Assembly (NCBI GenBank): GCA_000146045.2
Contig: BK006941.2
Location: 256,001 to 320,000, forward strand
Reading direction: 5' to 3'
DNA length: 64,000 nt
Source of the DNA: TPA_inf: Saccharomyces
Taxonomy: Eukaryota
A program made the translations under genes and the position numbers. The notes beneath the pieces are model-generated. The model was not told where the DNA came from and did not search any database. It saw only the letters and a list, made by a program, of their open reading frames with translations. Every line of letters begins with the position of its first letter. Positions within the stretch are counted from its first letter, which is position 1. Of the stretch, positions 13,293 through 22,945 are shown piece by piece.

Positions 13293-14144
13293 CTAGTCGA
13301 GTAGGATAGGTTCATTAGAGACCAGTCTTGCAATATCGTCATTCAGTTCCGTCTCCAAATTAAAATCAGAGTAGTAATGTAGCGGGATCAAGGGCGAAAT
13401 ATCCTTGACCGTGGGTATGAGGTTCCCACTTGACCAGTTTCGGAATACGTGCTGCGCTGTGATGGGAGTATCGAATACAGTATATATGATGATTGAATCA
13501 TCCTTCGAGTAGTTGTTTCTTTCAGAGAAGTAGATGTCGTAGATTTCATTAGCACTTAGCGTGATGAATACTTGATTGCGCAAATGAGATAAGCAGTTTG
13601 ATTTATTATTTGATTGCAGGAAGTTGTCAAGGACAATTCTCAAAGTAGAGCAATCGTAATACGGATGTTGCGAAGCATTTTCTTGGTCTTGTGTGTTGAG
13701 ATGTTTCCAGTCACCATAGGGCAAGTTGAAATGTTTTAGTTTCCTGAGTAGCTCGCCGTGGCGTTGGATTTGCAATAAATCAGGATGTGGTGTGGTGGTG
13801 GGTATCGTACTCGATTCAGATTCTTCCAGCTTTTGTATAAGTTTATTTCTTTCAATGTCGTTTGTTTTCCGTAGGAACTCAATTAACCAGCGGTCGTAAT
13901 GGGGTCTCACGTCTGCATTGGTGAGGATATTAGTTGCGGTCGATAATAAGTGGAATTTGTGTATAATTGATGGATTGTCCGGGTGTTTGTCAGGATGATA
14001 CTTCAGGGCAAGGGTCCTGTATTTGCGTTTAATTTGGGGCAAATCATCGTAGATGGTATGGACGTCCAGGGGGGTCGGTAATTCTAATACATCATATAGG
14101 TTCAAACGTTGATTTATTACGTCTTCCAATTCGTGTCCTGGCAT
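13293..14144 (-). CDS. CWC23: Spliceosome-associated J-domain protein Cwc23
   Basis: J domain with the HPD motif (YRTLALKYHPDKHPDNP). The 283-aa protein begins at the internal Met MPGHELED. The track ORF (to 14336) adds 64 codons read through a (TA)n/(TG)n microsatellite (MNIYTHTHIYISHIYIYICIYI...), which I regard as non-coding. Confidence 0.8.
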   Translation of the reverse strand: MPGHELEDVINQRLNLYDVLELPTPLDVHTIYDDLPQIKRKYRTLALKYHPDKHPDNPSIIHKFHLLSTATNILTNADVRPHYDRWLIEFLRKTNDIERNKLIQKLEESESSTIPTTTPHPDLLQIQRHGELLRKLKHFNLPYGDWKHLNTQDQENASQHPYYDCSTLRIVLDNFLQSNNKSNCLSHLRNQVFITLSANEIYDIYFSERNNYSKDDSIIIYTVFDTPITAQHVFRNWSSGNLIPTVKDISPLIPLHYYSDFNLETELNDDIARLVSNEPILLD

Positions 14145-14268
14145 AGTCGTGGCGAGGCTTGTAGTACGGCGATGGACTTGCTTTTTGATTTTGCTTTCAT
14201 CTTCTAATGTCTTGCGAGATAATATGCAAGGAAAACAAAGGAAAGAAAATACAAAGTAATGCGGCTTG

Positions 14269-14332
14269 CATATATATATACATATATATATGTATATATG
14301 TGATATATATATGTGTGTGTGTGTATATATAT
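14269..14332. repeat. (TA)n/(TG)n compound microsatellite at the CWC23 5' end
   Basis: tatatatatacatatatatatgtatatatgtgatatatatatgtgtgtgtgtgtatatatat. Confidence 0.9.
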
Positions 14333-14391
14333 TCATGAGTGTATAAAATAGATATATGAATGCGTGCGAATGTAGTTATAATTAGGTGTGT

Positions 14392-14775
14392 TCAGTTGGC
14401 CCATCTTTCTACCATTTCATTCATCCATTGCGGGCCTTGTAATTGAATGATCTTGGGCAGCTCGTCTAGCCCTTCCAGCAGGCCATCTTCATTAACGATC
14501 GCCGACTCCATGAACCCGTTCAACAGCTTTAAAATGAAGAGACAGTTTGGATACACAATGCATTGCGAATAAGGGGGGTTGCACCAGTACTCCAGGTATT
14601 TCAAGTAGTTTTTGAAGTTAGGAGACTTCCAGATCTGCTGTTGAGTGAGTAAGTACGTTACGTATTGGATGTTTGCCAGTGACTGGATAAATTCGAGCTC
14701 CACTTCGAACCTCGTGGGGAGAGGATTTTGATCCGAGGAAGGTGTCGCTGGTGCGTTTCCATTAGTGCTTGACAT
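14392..14775 (-). CDS. SOH1: Mediator middle-module subunit Med31 (Soh1)
   Basis: 127 aa with the conserved Med31 core (RFEVELEFIQSLANIQYVTYLL...YWCNPPY). Confidence 0.85.
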   Translation of the reverse strand: MSSTNGNAPATPSSDQNPLPTRFEVELEFIQSLANIQYVTYLLTQQQIWKSPNFKNYLKYLEYWCNPPYSQCIVYPNCLFILKLLNGFMESAIVNEDGLLEGLDELPKIIQLQGPQWMNEMVERWAN

Positions 14776-14996
14776 CCTGGGTGGAGCTTGGGGGAACTTT
14801 GCCGTCTTATGAGTGCTATAAGTTTTGGCTTACTTTGCCTCATTTTTCCTGCATTTCTTTTTCTTTTTCATCCTTTAAGAACACGTTAGCGGGAAAACCG
14901 TGAAATAAAATACAAAACGAACTGTTCGAAAAAAGCCAAAGGGGAAACGCCTAAAACTCCACTGAAACCAGCTATAAAGCACGGCATATTACAACA

Positions 14997-16139
14997 ATGT
15001 CTAGCAAATGGTTTAATGCTATACACCTACTGGTGTGCCCGTTGACGGTACTGGTAGGATATCTCATGAACGCGTATGGCTACGGTGCGGCGCTGCAAGC
15101 AACCCTGAATAAGGATGGTCTGGTAAATGCTATGTTGGTAAAGAAAGGGTGGTTTTGGACTTCCTTGGTCGGATGGTGGTGTATTATACGCTACCGTGCG
15201 GTGCCGGGGGCAACCGGCAGAGACCGAAGACACATTGTCCAGTCATTCAAAAGGTATGCCATACTGACAGTGTGGTGGTACGTATTCACGCAAGGTATAT
15301 GGTTTGGCGTAGGCCCCATCATGGACTTGGTATTCGTATATACGGGTGGCCATTGTCACTATGACGTCTTCGATGATGCAGGTCACGTGAACGAAGACTT
15401 CCAGGGTTCTGTCACCCGGACTAATCGCGCGTTGGCGCTCATTCACAATGTCCTCACTTTGCACGGACACCACCAAGAACACCGTCAGCAACAACTCTGG
15501 GACCGCTCCATAGGGTCGATCCAGGGCGCCCTGCAGGCGACGCAACCGAAAACCCCAAAAAACGTAACGGCCAGCGCTGCCGCTGCCATCAATACTTTTA
15601 TTCATGACCAGATGCACAGGTGGCAAGGTCCGTTAACCACCTCGGCACAGTGCAGACGTTTTGGAGGCCATTGGGCTGGAGGACACGATCCATCCGGGCA
15701 CGTGTTCTTGGCCACCTTGATGTGCATGTTTCTTCTAGGTGAGCTACGTGTGTTTGGGCGTCGTGCACTGGCTCACTTGTACGCGCAGAAATGGCAGCTT
15801 GTACGATTGGTGACCCGCCTTTTCGACACTGGACCGCTATGGACGTGGCGGCGGTGTGGCGGCGGCTCAATGACCTGTGGCGCCCGTTTGTGGCGTGCGA
15901 TAGTCGAGCCGCCTGTCACGTGCGCGGCCGCCCTGCTCCGTTTGACGCGATGCATAGCATGCGACCACCCAGTAATCATACTGCTGACGCTATTGGTCAC
16001 GTGGTTATGGCAGCTGCTGTTGACTGCGGTGGCGTCCCGTTTCCACACCGTACGTGAGCACATGTCTGGATTGCTAGCTGCGTACATAGTGACAGGCCTT
16101 GTCTACGCTCGCGACGCAGCCGCGCTACGTCCAGTATGA
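14997..16139 (+). CDS. SCS3: ER membrane protein Scs3 (FIT family, lipid homeostasis)
   Basis: 380 aa, a multi-pass hydrophobic protein rich in W/R/A, recognised as Scs3 (YGL126W). The gene is strikingly GC-rich, which generates spurious overlapping ORFs in every frame. Confidence 0.85.
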   Translation: MSSKWFNAIHLLVCPLTVLVGYLMNAYGYGAALQATLNKDGLVNAMLVKKGWFWTSLVGWWCIIRYRAVPGATGRDRRHIVQSFKRYAILTVWWYVFTQGIWFGVGPIMDLVFVYTGGHCHYDVFDDAGHVNEDFQGSVTRTNRALALIHNVLTLHGHHQEHRQQQLWDRSIGSIQGALQATQPKTPKNVTASAAAAINTFIHDQMHRWQGPLTTSAQCRRFGGHWAGGHDPSGHVFLATLMCMFLLGELRVFGRRALAHLYAQKWQLVRLVTRLFDTGPLWTWRRCGGGSMTCGARLWRAIVEPPVTCAAALLRLTRCIACDHPVIILLTLLVTWLWQLLLTAVASRFHTVREHMSGLLAAYIVTGLVYARDAAALRPV

Positions 16140-16292
16140 CTCAGGAAAAGTTGGCGATAGACCACGAGCGACTGAAAAAATAACAGCGACTTTTCTCCCG
16201 GTAGCGGGCCGTCGTTTAGTCATTCTATCCCTCGGATTATAGACTGTGAATATTGCATATGCAACTTTGACTCAAATTTTTCCAAAATTTGA

Positions 16293-16356
16293 TATATATA
16301 TATATATATATATGTTTGTATGTATATATATATATACGTATATATATCATATATAC
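16293..16356. repeat. (TA)n compound microsatellite in the SCS3-MET13 intergenic region
   Basis: atatatatatatatatatatgtttgtatgtatatatatatatacgtatatatatcatatatac. Confidence 0.9.
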
Positions 16357-16403
16357 GAAAAGTAGAAAAAAAAAGGTGATATTTCGCTCGTGGAAAAGCT
16401 AAT

Positions 16404-16413
16404 GCCACAGCTT
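16404..16413 (-). promoter_or_regulatory. Possible Met31/Met32 site upstream of MET13
   Basis: The reverse complement AAGCTGTGGC is a 9/10 match to AAACTGTGGC and lies about 110 bp upstream of the MET13 ATG. No CACGTG (Cbf1) site was seen nearby. Confidence 0.25.
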
Positions 16414-16519
16414 GTGTTTCGTGTAGTTTGCCTTGCTCCCCTTGATTGAAATAGTCTCCCTAAACTAAAGTTATCAGCAAACAGAACCACCACAGTTACT
16501 ACTACAACCACATCGCAAT

Positions 16520-18322
16520 ATGAAGATCACAGAAAAATTAGAGCAACATAGACAGACCTCTGGCAAGCCCACTTACTCATTCGAGTACTTCGTCCCGAAG
16601 ACTACACAAGGTGTACAGAACCTGTATGACCGGATGGACCGGATGTACGAGGCTTCTTTGCCCCAATTTATTGACATCACCTGGAATGCAGGCGGTGGAC
16701 GGTTGTCACATCTGTCCACGGACTTGGTTGCGACAGCGCAGTCTGTGCTTGGTTTGGAAACGTGCATGCACCTTACCTGCACCAATATGCCCATTTCGAT
16801 GATTGACGACGCTTTAGAAAACGCTTATCACTCCGGTTGCCAGAACATCCTAGCGCTGAGAGGAGATCCTCCTAGGGACGCAGAAAACTGGACTCCCGTT
16901 GAAGGTGGCTTCCAGTATGCCAAGGACTTGATTAAGTATATCAAGTCCAAGTACGGTGACCATTTCGCTATCGGCGTTGCCGGCTACCCGGAGTGCCATC
17001 CGGAGTTGCCTAACAAAGACGTGAAGCTTGATCTCGAGTATTTGAAGCAGAAGATCGACGCCGGCGGCGACTTCATCATCACTCAGATGTTTTACGATGT
17101 TGATAATTTCATCAACTGGTGTTCCCAAGTTAGAGCTGCGGGCATGGACGTGCCCATTATTCCCGGGATCATGCCGATCACTACCTACGCGGCCTTCTTG
17201 AGAAGGGCCCAATGGGGCCAAATCTCCATCCCTCAACATTTCTCGTCCCGATTGGATCCTATCAAGGACGATGACGAGTTGGTCCGTGATATCGGAACTA
17301 ACTTGATCGTGGAAATGTGTCAAAAATTGCTCGACAGTGGTTACGTTTCTCACTTGCACATCTACACCATGAACTTGGAAAAAGCGCCTCTCATGATTCT
17401 GGAAAGATTGAACATTCTACCTACGGAATCAGAGTTCAATGCACATCCATTGGCCGTGTTGCCATGGAGAAAATCTTTGAATCCAAAGCGTAAAAACGAG
17501 GAAGTCAGACCTATCTTCTGGAAGAGAAGACCTTACTCCTATGTCGCAAGAACCTCTCAATGGGCCGTGGACGAATTCCCCAACGGTAGATTCGGTGATT
17601 CGTCTTCTCCTGCGTTCGGTGACTTGGATCTGTGTGGTTCAGACTTGATCAGGCAATCAGCGAACAAATGTCTCGAATTATGGTCCACCCCTACTTCCAT
17701 CAACGACGTCGCCTTCTTGGTCATCAACTACTTGAATGGAAACTTGAAGTGTTTACCTTGGAGTGATATCCCCATCAATGATGAAATAAATCCAATCAAA
17801 GCACACTTGATTGAGCTGAACCAGCATTCTATCATCACTATAAACTCTCAACCTCAAGTCAACGGCATTAGGTCCAATGACAAAATTCATGGTTGGGGAC
17901 CCAAGGATGGTTACGTTTACCAGAAGCAATATTTGGAATTTATGTTGCCCAAGACTAAGTTGCCCAAGTTGATTGACACCTTGAAAAACAATGAGTTCTT
18001 GACCTACTTCGCCATCGACTCTCAAGGTGACCTGCTAAGTAATCATCCAGACAACTCCAAGTCCAACGCTGTGACTTGGGGTATTTTCCCCGGCAGAGAA
18101 ATTCTTCAACCTACCATTGTCGAGAAAATTTCGTTCTTAGCGTGGAAGGAGGAGTTCTATCATATCTTGAATGAATGGAAACTAAACATGAATAAATACG
18201 ATAAACCGCATAGTGCCCAATTCATTCAGTCCTTGATTGACGATTACTGCTTGGTCAATATTGTTGACAATGACTACATTTCTCCAGATGATCAAATCCA
18301 TTCCATCCTACTAAGCCTATAA
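16520..18322 (+). CDS. MET13: Methylenetetrahydrofolate reductase (major isozyme)
   Basis: 600 aa with an MTHFR catalytic TIM-barrel region (DITWNAGG, GYPECHPE) followed by a eukaryotic regulatory C-terminal domain. Confidence 0.92.
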   Translation: MKITEKLEQHRQTSGKPTYSFEYFVPKTTQGVQNLYDRMDRMYEASLPQFIDITWNAGGGRLSHLSTDLVATAQSVLGLETCMHLTCTNMPISMIDDALENAYHSGCQNILALRGDPPRDAENWTPVEGGFQYAKDLIKYIKSKYGDHFAIGVAGYPECHPELPNKDVKLDLEYLKQKIDAGGDFIITQMFYDVDNFINWCSQVRAAGMDVPIIPGIMPITTYAAFLRRAQWGQISIPQHFSSRLDPIKDDDELVRDIGTNLIVEMCQKLLDSGYVSHLHIYTMNLEKAPLMILERLNILPTESEFNAHPLAVLPWRKSLNPKRKNEEVRPIFWKRRPYSYVARTSQWAVDEFPNGRFGDSSSPAFGDLDLCGSDLIRQSANKCLELWSTPTSINDVAFLVINYLNGNLKCLPWSDIPINDEINPIKAHLIELNQHSIITINSQPQVNGIRSNDKIHGWGPKDGYVYQKQYLEFMLPKTKLPKLIDTLKNNEFLTYFAIDSQGDLLSNHPDNSKSNAVTWGIFPGREILQPTIVEKISFLAWKEEFYHILNEWKLNMNKYDKPHSAQFIQSLIDDYCLVNIVDNDYISPDDQIHSILLSL

Positions 18323-18779
18323 TAACACAGACAACGATAACAGTTCTTTAACAGAATTGTCAACCCCCCCTCTTTGCATTACATTCAACATTACATTGCA
18401 TTTTTTTTTTTTTATTCACTATTATTATGGTTCTTCTTTTTTACCAGATTTTGCTCCTTCCTTTTCCATTGTTTTACCATTCTTTTTTAACTAGCATTTC
18501 AACATGTGTTTGGTTAACACCCCTTCTTTTTTTTCAGGAAAATCCTTTCATTTCTTCTCATACTTTCAACAAAGTTTTTTAAAGGTACTTTAAAATAGTT
18601 CAACACCCTCTTCCTTCATTTATTTATTCTCTTCATATTCAACATACTCGAAAAGGAAGAACACTAAAAGTACTTACATTTTCACATGTATGTATACCTA
18701 TATATATATATATATATACTCTTATAGATATATTTACAAATTAAAGGAAAAAATAATAAAATAACCTCCCTGTCACAAG

Positions 18780-20714
18780 TTAAAACACGGCCCCATCACT
18801 TATAAATAGTCTCGACTCGTGTTTTTGACACCAATTAGCTACTTTTCTCGCACTCTTGAATAAAACCCTTTTGTCAACAATCCCATTATTTCCAATCAGA
18901 TACAATTCAAAAGTGGGCGTCACCCACGCCATTCCTACCATATTAACCGATTCTTGTTTGAATGATGAATTTCCAATAATGTACTCATCCAATTCAGAAA
19001 AATCCATTTGTGTTTCGTCCATCGCCAAGTCCTCATTGTCTTTGGAACTCCATCTAACAAAATTTAACATAGACCTACTTAACAAATTGCCATTATCTCT
19101 CACTACCGTGCCATGTAACTGTTGGTAGTATGTCTTCAATTTCAATTCATATTCTAGCCCCTGTGAAGAATCCAGTGCGATGTTACTGTTGACTTCGAAG
19201 TGCGGCATAACATATTGAACGTTTTGCTTCGATTTATATATGAAATGATGAACCATTGGTGCTGGTATATCGCTAAGCTTGAACCCTTTTGAAGTATTTA
19301 TCTTTTTCAATAGCTTCTCTTCTTCGAGTTTAATAATCAACTCGTCACTAAACGACTTCAATGAAAAGAATGCATCCTTTTGTGCACTTATTAATACTAG
19401 TGCCGATTTCTCATTGCTGTGAGTATCATTAGGTAGAAACTTAATATAACAATAAAGAAAACCACTCGAATTGAACTTGGGAAAACAAATGGGTACCCAA
19501 AGTTCCTGAGTTTCGTCTAAATTTTGAAATTGATGAGATATTAGGCAAAATAGAAGATGTAAATCTGTAGTGTGTAAAGTATGGCCTCTGGGTCGAAGAA
19601 CACAGCACAATTTATTCTGAGGCGCAATTATCAAGCCGTACAGTAAGGTCCCCCTGGGAATGTCCTGCCTTTTCTCCAGTTGCTGTAAAACCACATTCTG
19701 CAACTTTAATCTTGAAGAATGGTTAAATGGTAAGCATTGTAAAGAGTTCAATAGTAAATCCGGGAACATTCTGTTACAGATTAGTGAACATATTTCGTCT
19801 AAATTTTCAAAATCTGTGCTTTCTAGATAATTTCTCAGGTCGAAATTTTCTCTTTTGGAAAATAACCTAAGTAATTGGCGTTCACTTAAAGACGAAAGAA
19901 TATACGAATATAAAAAATCCAACTGATTCAACAATTCGTTCGAGGACTCGCCTCTTTCGGATTGAGCCATTAGTAATATAGGTGATTTATCCAAAAAAGT
20001 AAGCCTTTTACCAGAAGTTAAAGTGGATATAGTTTTCAATTCCGATGGTCCATTGACTTGGAAGTAGCTTATTACCGTATTAACGAGCCCTGTATATGAC
20101 ATGATCTGTTCATCTTTGCCGTGCATGCAATAGATCGGTTTACCCGCTGACGTGAATATGAAGAAATTTTTGTCACAGAGAGTCTGGCTCTCATTTAACT
20201 TGCAGTTACTATTGAACTTCGAAAACTTGAATACATTAGGAATTTCGTTACTTACGTACGGCCGTCTCTGTAGTTCCGATCCTCTTATAGATGTTTCCAT
20301 AGAATATATGCTTTCGGCCAAGCGACTCCTGATGTCATTCTCGCTGTCCAAATAAGGACCGAAATCCTTTTTTGGACTGTTTAGTGCTCTCGTTGTATCA
20401 TCATTGCTCTTTGCCAAATCTGCTGACAATAAATTATTTTTAGCTTGCAATTTTTTTGTTTGCAAAGGAGATCTTCTGGATGCCAAAGATGTTGTATTCA
20501 AAGAATTTACAGAGGTAGATTTACTAACAGAATGATCATCGCATATTGGCATTGCTATAGGCGCCTTCTTGAAGAATGTTTCATCTAGATTAACCGATGT
20601 CGTTGGTTCTGAAGTCGTTGCCACGATTGGAATACCCTCAAAATTCCCACTTTTACTATGCTTCAATTGACCCTTCGGTATCTCAGCATCTAGGTAGCTT
20701 TCATTGAGATTCAT
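18780..20714 (-). CDS. MON1: Mon1, a subunit of the Mon1-Ccz1 Rab7/Ypt7 GEF
   Basis: 644 aa; sequence recognised as Mon1 (YGL124C), including the longin-like region. Confidence 0.88.
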   Translation of the reverse strand: MNLNESYLDAEIPKGQLKHSKSGNFEGIPIVATTSEPTTSVNLDETFFKKAPIAMPICDDHSVSKSTSVNSLNTTSLASRRSPLQTKKLQAKNNLLSADLAKSNDDTTRALNSPKKDFGPYLDSENDIRSRLAESIYSMETSIRGSELQRRPYVSNEIPNVFKFSKFNSNCKLNESQTLCDKNFFIFTSAGKPIYCMHGKDEQIMSYTGLVNTVISYFQVNGPSELKTISTLTSGKRLTFLDKSPILLMAQSERGESSNELLNQLDFLYSYILSSLSERQLLRLFSKRENFDLRNYLESTDFENLDEICSLICNRMFPDLLLNSLQCLPFNHSSRLKLQNVVLQQLEKRQDIPRGTLLYGLIIAPQNKLCCVLRPRGHTLHTTDLHLLFCLISHQFQNLDETQELWVPICFPKFNSSGFLYCYIKFLPNDTHSNEKSALVLISAQKDAFFSLKSFSDELIIKLEEEKLLKKINTSKGFKLSDIPAPMVHHFIYKSKQNVQYVMPHFEVNSNIALDSSQGLEYELKLKTYYQQLHGTVVRDNGNLLSRSMLNFVRWSSKDNEDLAMDETQMDFSELDEYIIGNSSFKQESVNMVGMAWVTPTFELYLIGNNGIVDKRVLFKSARKVANWCQKHESRLFISDGAVF

Positions 20715-21210
20715 AGTTCCGATGTACTGATTCTACGTTTGTGTACTTTGATAGACTTTTTTATTCAATTCGTATTCACTACTATCTTTGTCTCGTACCG
20801 CGGTTTTTATCCTTTATTTCAGCCCTACGAGATAGAACGATGGAGCCTAGTAATACCATTTTATGTAAGCAAAATAAGAAGAAAGACTAAAAGAATTAGG
20901 ATATGTTGTTAATCAGGGATAAAGGTACGCATACTAGCCTTACTACGTAAATATAAGGTTACGGTTTACGATCACTATTGCAAGATACTATTGTTTAGCA
21001 TTGGCAAAGACTTGACGGGAAATCTTTGATTGGGCCCAACCATATTCATTAAAGATCCGGGATGTGAGCTTGAACTGCTTTTCGACGCGAAGAAGGTTTA
21101 CACGTATTTTAGTAATTGGCTTATTCACTAAGGATTCTTAAGGTTTTCTTAATAGTTTTCTACGTCGGCATGCGATTGTTTGGTTTAGAAGACTGCTTTC
21201 TAAATATGGT

Positions 21211-21240
21211 TGGGTGTATTTAAGCTAGACCCATACACCC
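21211..21240. promoter_or_regulatory. Pair of Rap1-like sites in the RPS2 promoter
   Basis: tTGGGTGTATTtaagctagACCCATACACCC: two opposed matches to the Rap1 RP-promoter motif (ACACCCATACATT / its complement), about 380-400 bp upstream of the RPS2 ATG. Confidence 0.45.
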
Positions 21241-21616
21241 GCTCTATGGGATTATTTACTTGTTTGAATTTTAAGATTTGTGATAATGGAACTGGACGCA
21301 AACATTTGATGGAAAACGCATGTCATCATTAACGAGGTAACGTAGGTATCTGTCCTGCCTTAGTATTGCACGCAGCTTCCCAGGACGCCTAGCTATTTTT
21401 TCATCTATTCCCCTCTGTAGTAACGTAAGAGTTTTCAAGTTTTTAATTCAGACTTTCTCTTCCTTTGTTTCCAATTTCCTTCCTTACTGCTTGATACCTT
21501 TTCAATCCCAAAGAAACCGTGTTCTTTATATATTGTCGATTGAAAGTTACCTACATCAACTTTCCGTGTTCCATTCCGACTATAACAAACAACCAATAAG
21601 CTCAACTAATTAAGTA

Positions 21617-22381
21617 ATGTCTGCTCCAGAAGCTCAACAACAAAAGAGAGGTGGTTTCGGTGGCCGTAACAGAGGCCGTCCAAACAGAAGAGGACCAAGA
21701 AACACTGAAGAAAAGGGATGGGTTCCAGTTACCAAACTAGGTAGATTAGTCAAGGCTGGTAAGATTACCACCATTGAAGAAATCTTCTTGCACTCTTTGC
21801 CAGTCAAGGAATTCCAAATCATTGACACTTTGTTGCCAGGTTTGCAAGACGAAGTCATGAACATCAAGCCAGTTCAAAAGCAAACCAGAGCCGGTCAAAG
21901 AACCAGATTTAAGGCTGTTGTCGTTGTTGGTGACTCTAACGGTCACGTTGGTTTGGGTATCAAGACCGCCAAGGAAGTTGCTGGTGCCATCAGAGCTGGT
22001 ATCATTATTGCCAAGTTGTCCGTTATCCCAATCAGAAGAGGTTACTGGGGTACCAACTTGGGTCAACCACATTCTTTGGCCACCAAGACCACTGGTAAGT
22101 GTGGTTCCGTCACTGTTAGATTGATCCCAGCCCCAAGAGGTTCTGGTATCGTCGCTTCTCCAGCTGTCAAAAAGTTGTTGCAATTGGCTGGTGTTGAAGA
22201 TGTCTACACCCAATCTAACGGTAAGACTAGAACTTTGGAAAACACCTTGAAGGCTGCTTTCGTTGCTATTGGTAACACATACGGTTTCTTGACTCCAAAC
22301 TTGTGGGCCGAACAACCATTGCCAGTTTCTCCATTGGACATCTACTCCGATGAAGCTTCTGCTCAAAAGAAGAGATTCTAA
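21617..22381 (+). CDS. RPS2: 40S ribosomal protein S2 (uS5)
   Basis: 254 aa with an N-terminal RGG-rich tail ([17 protein letters not shown]), the uS5 core, and strongly biased codon usage typical of a highly expressed gene. Confidence 0.95.
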
Positions 22382-22778
22382 GCTTGTTGTCTACAAATTA
22401 TAAAATAGTTTTTTATAATCAACCATTAAATAATTTTGTACACTTATAATAACACTTTATTTCTCGTTCCAATTATGCGATGCATGTGCCTTCCGTTTAG
22501 AGTGAGCATTATCAAATATAAAGTCAAATCCTTTTGGCATTTATTTTGATTGAAACCCAGTCTGTCCTTAACTCTTTTGCCTATCAAACGCTGTAGGTCA
22601 CTCTTGGTACGGTACAGCGGATAGCGCTATTTATTCAGCAAGAGAAGCAAGATTAGGCGACTACAATAGATCAAAATTTTACAAGTAAAACAAGTAGGAA
22701 CAATCACTTATGCAAATGATTAATGCTGATATGTTTATTTACATCACAGTGCCCTTATGATCAGGAACTGTTTAAAAA

Positions 22779-22779
<1 letters not shown>

Positions 22780-22805
<26 letters not shown>
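22780..22805. repeat. Homopolymeric T26 tract (poly dA:dT) in the convergent RPS2/NAB2 3' intergenic region
   Basis: Directly visible at 22780-22805. Confidence 0.95.
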
Positions 22806-22810
<5 letters not shown>

Positions 22811-22945
22811 CTAAATATGTTGCTTGAATTATAAATACAATAACGGGAAAACATATGATGTGTCATGTTCAAAAAGCTTTGAATAGGTGTCTTCCATCAA
22901 AAGGGTCACAGGAACATGAATTTCGTTCCGTGATTTTAATAGTAA

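Noticed and set aside
15027-16087. Six overlapping 68-127-aa ORFs on both strands inside SCS3
   Set aside because: A by-product of the local 60-70% GC content, where stop codons are rare in all frames; none has protein-like features.
16850-17359. 169-aa ORF antisense to MET13
   Set aside because: Internal to a conserved enzyme gene on the opposite strand, with no homology features; a chance ORF.
21746-22366. 206-aa ORF antisense to RPS2 (plus 21634-21867 minus strand and 21918-22124 plus strand)
   Set aside because: It lies entirely inside the highly codon-biased RPS2 CDS, and the low-complexity peptide has no recognisable domain. Extreme codon bias depletes stop codons on the opposite strand, so this is a classic artefact.
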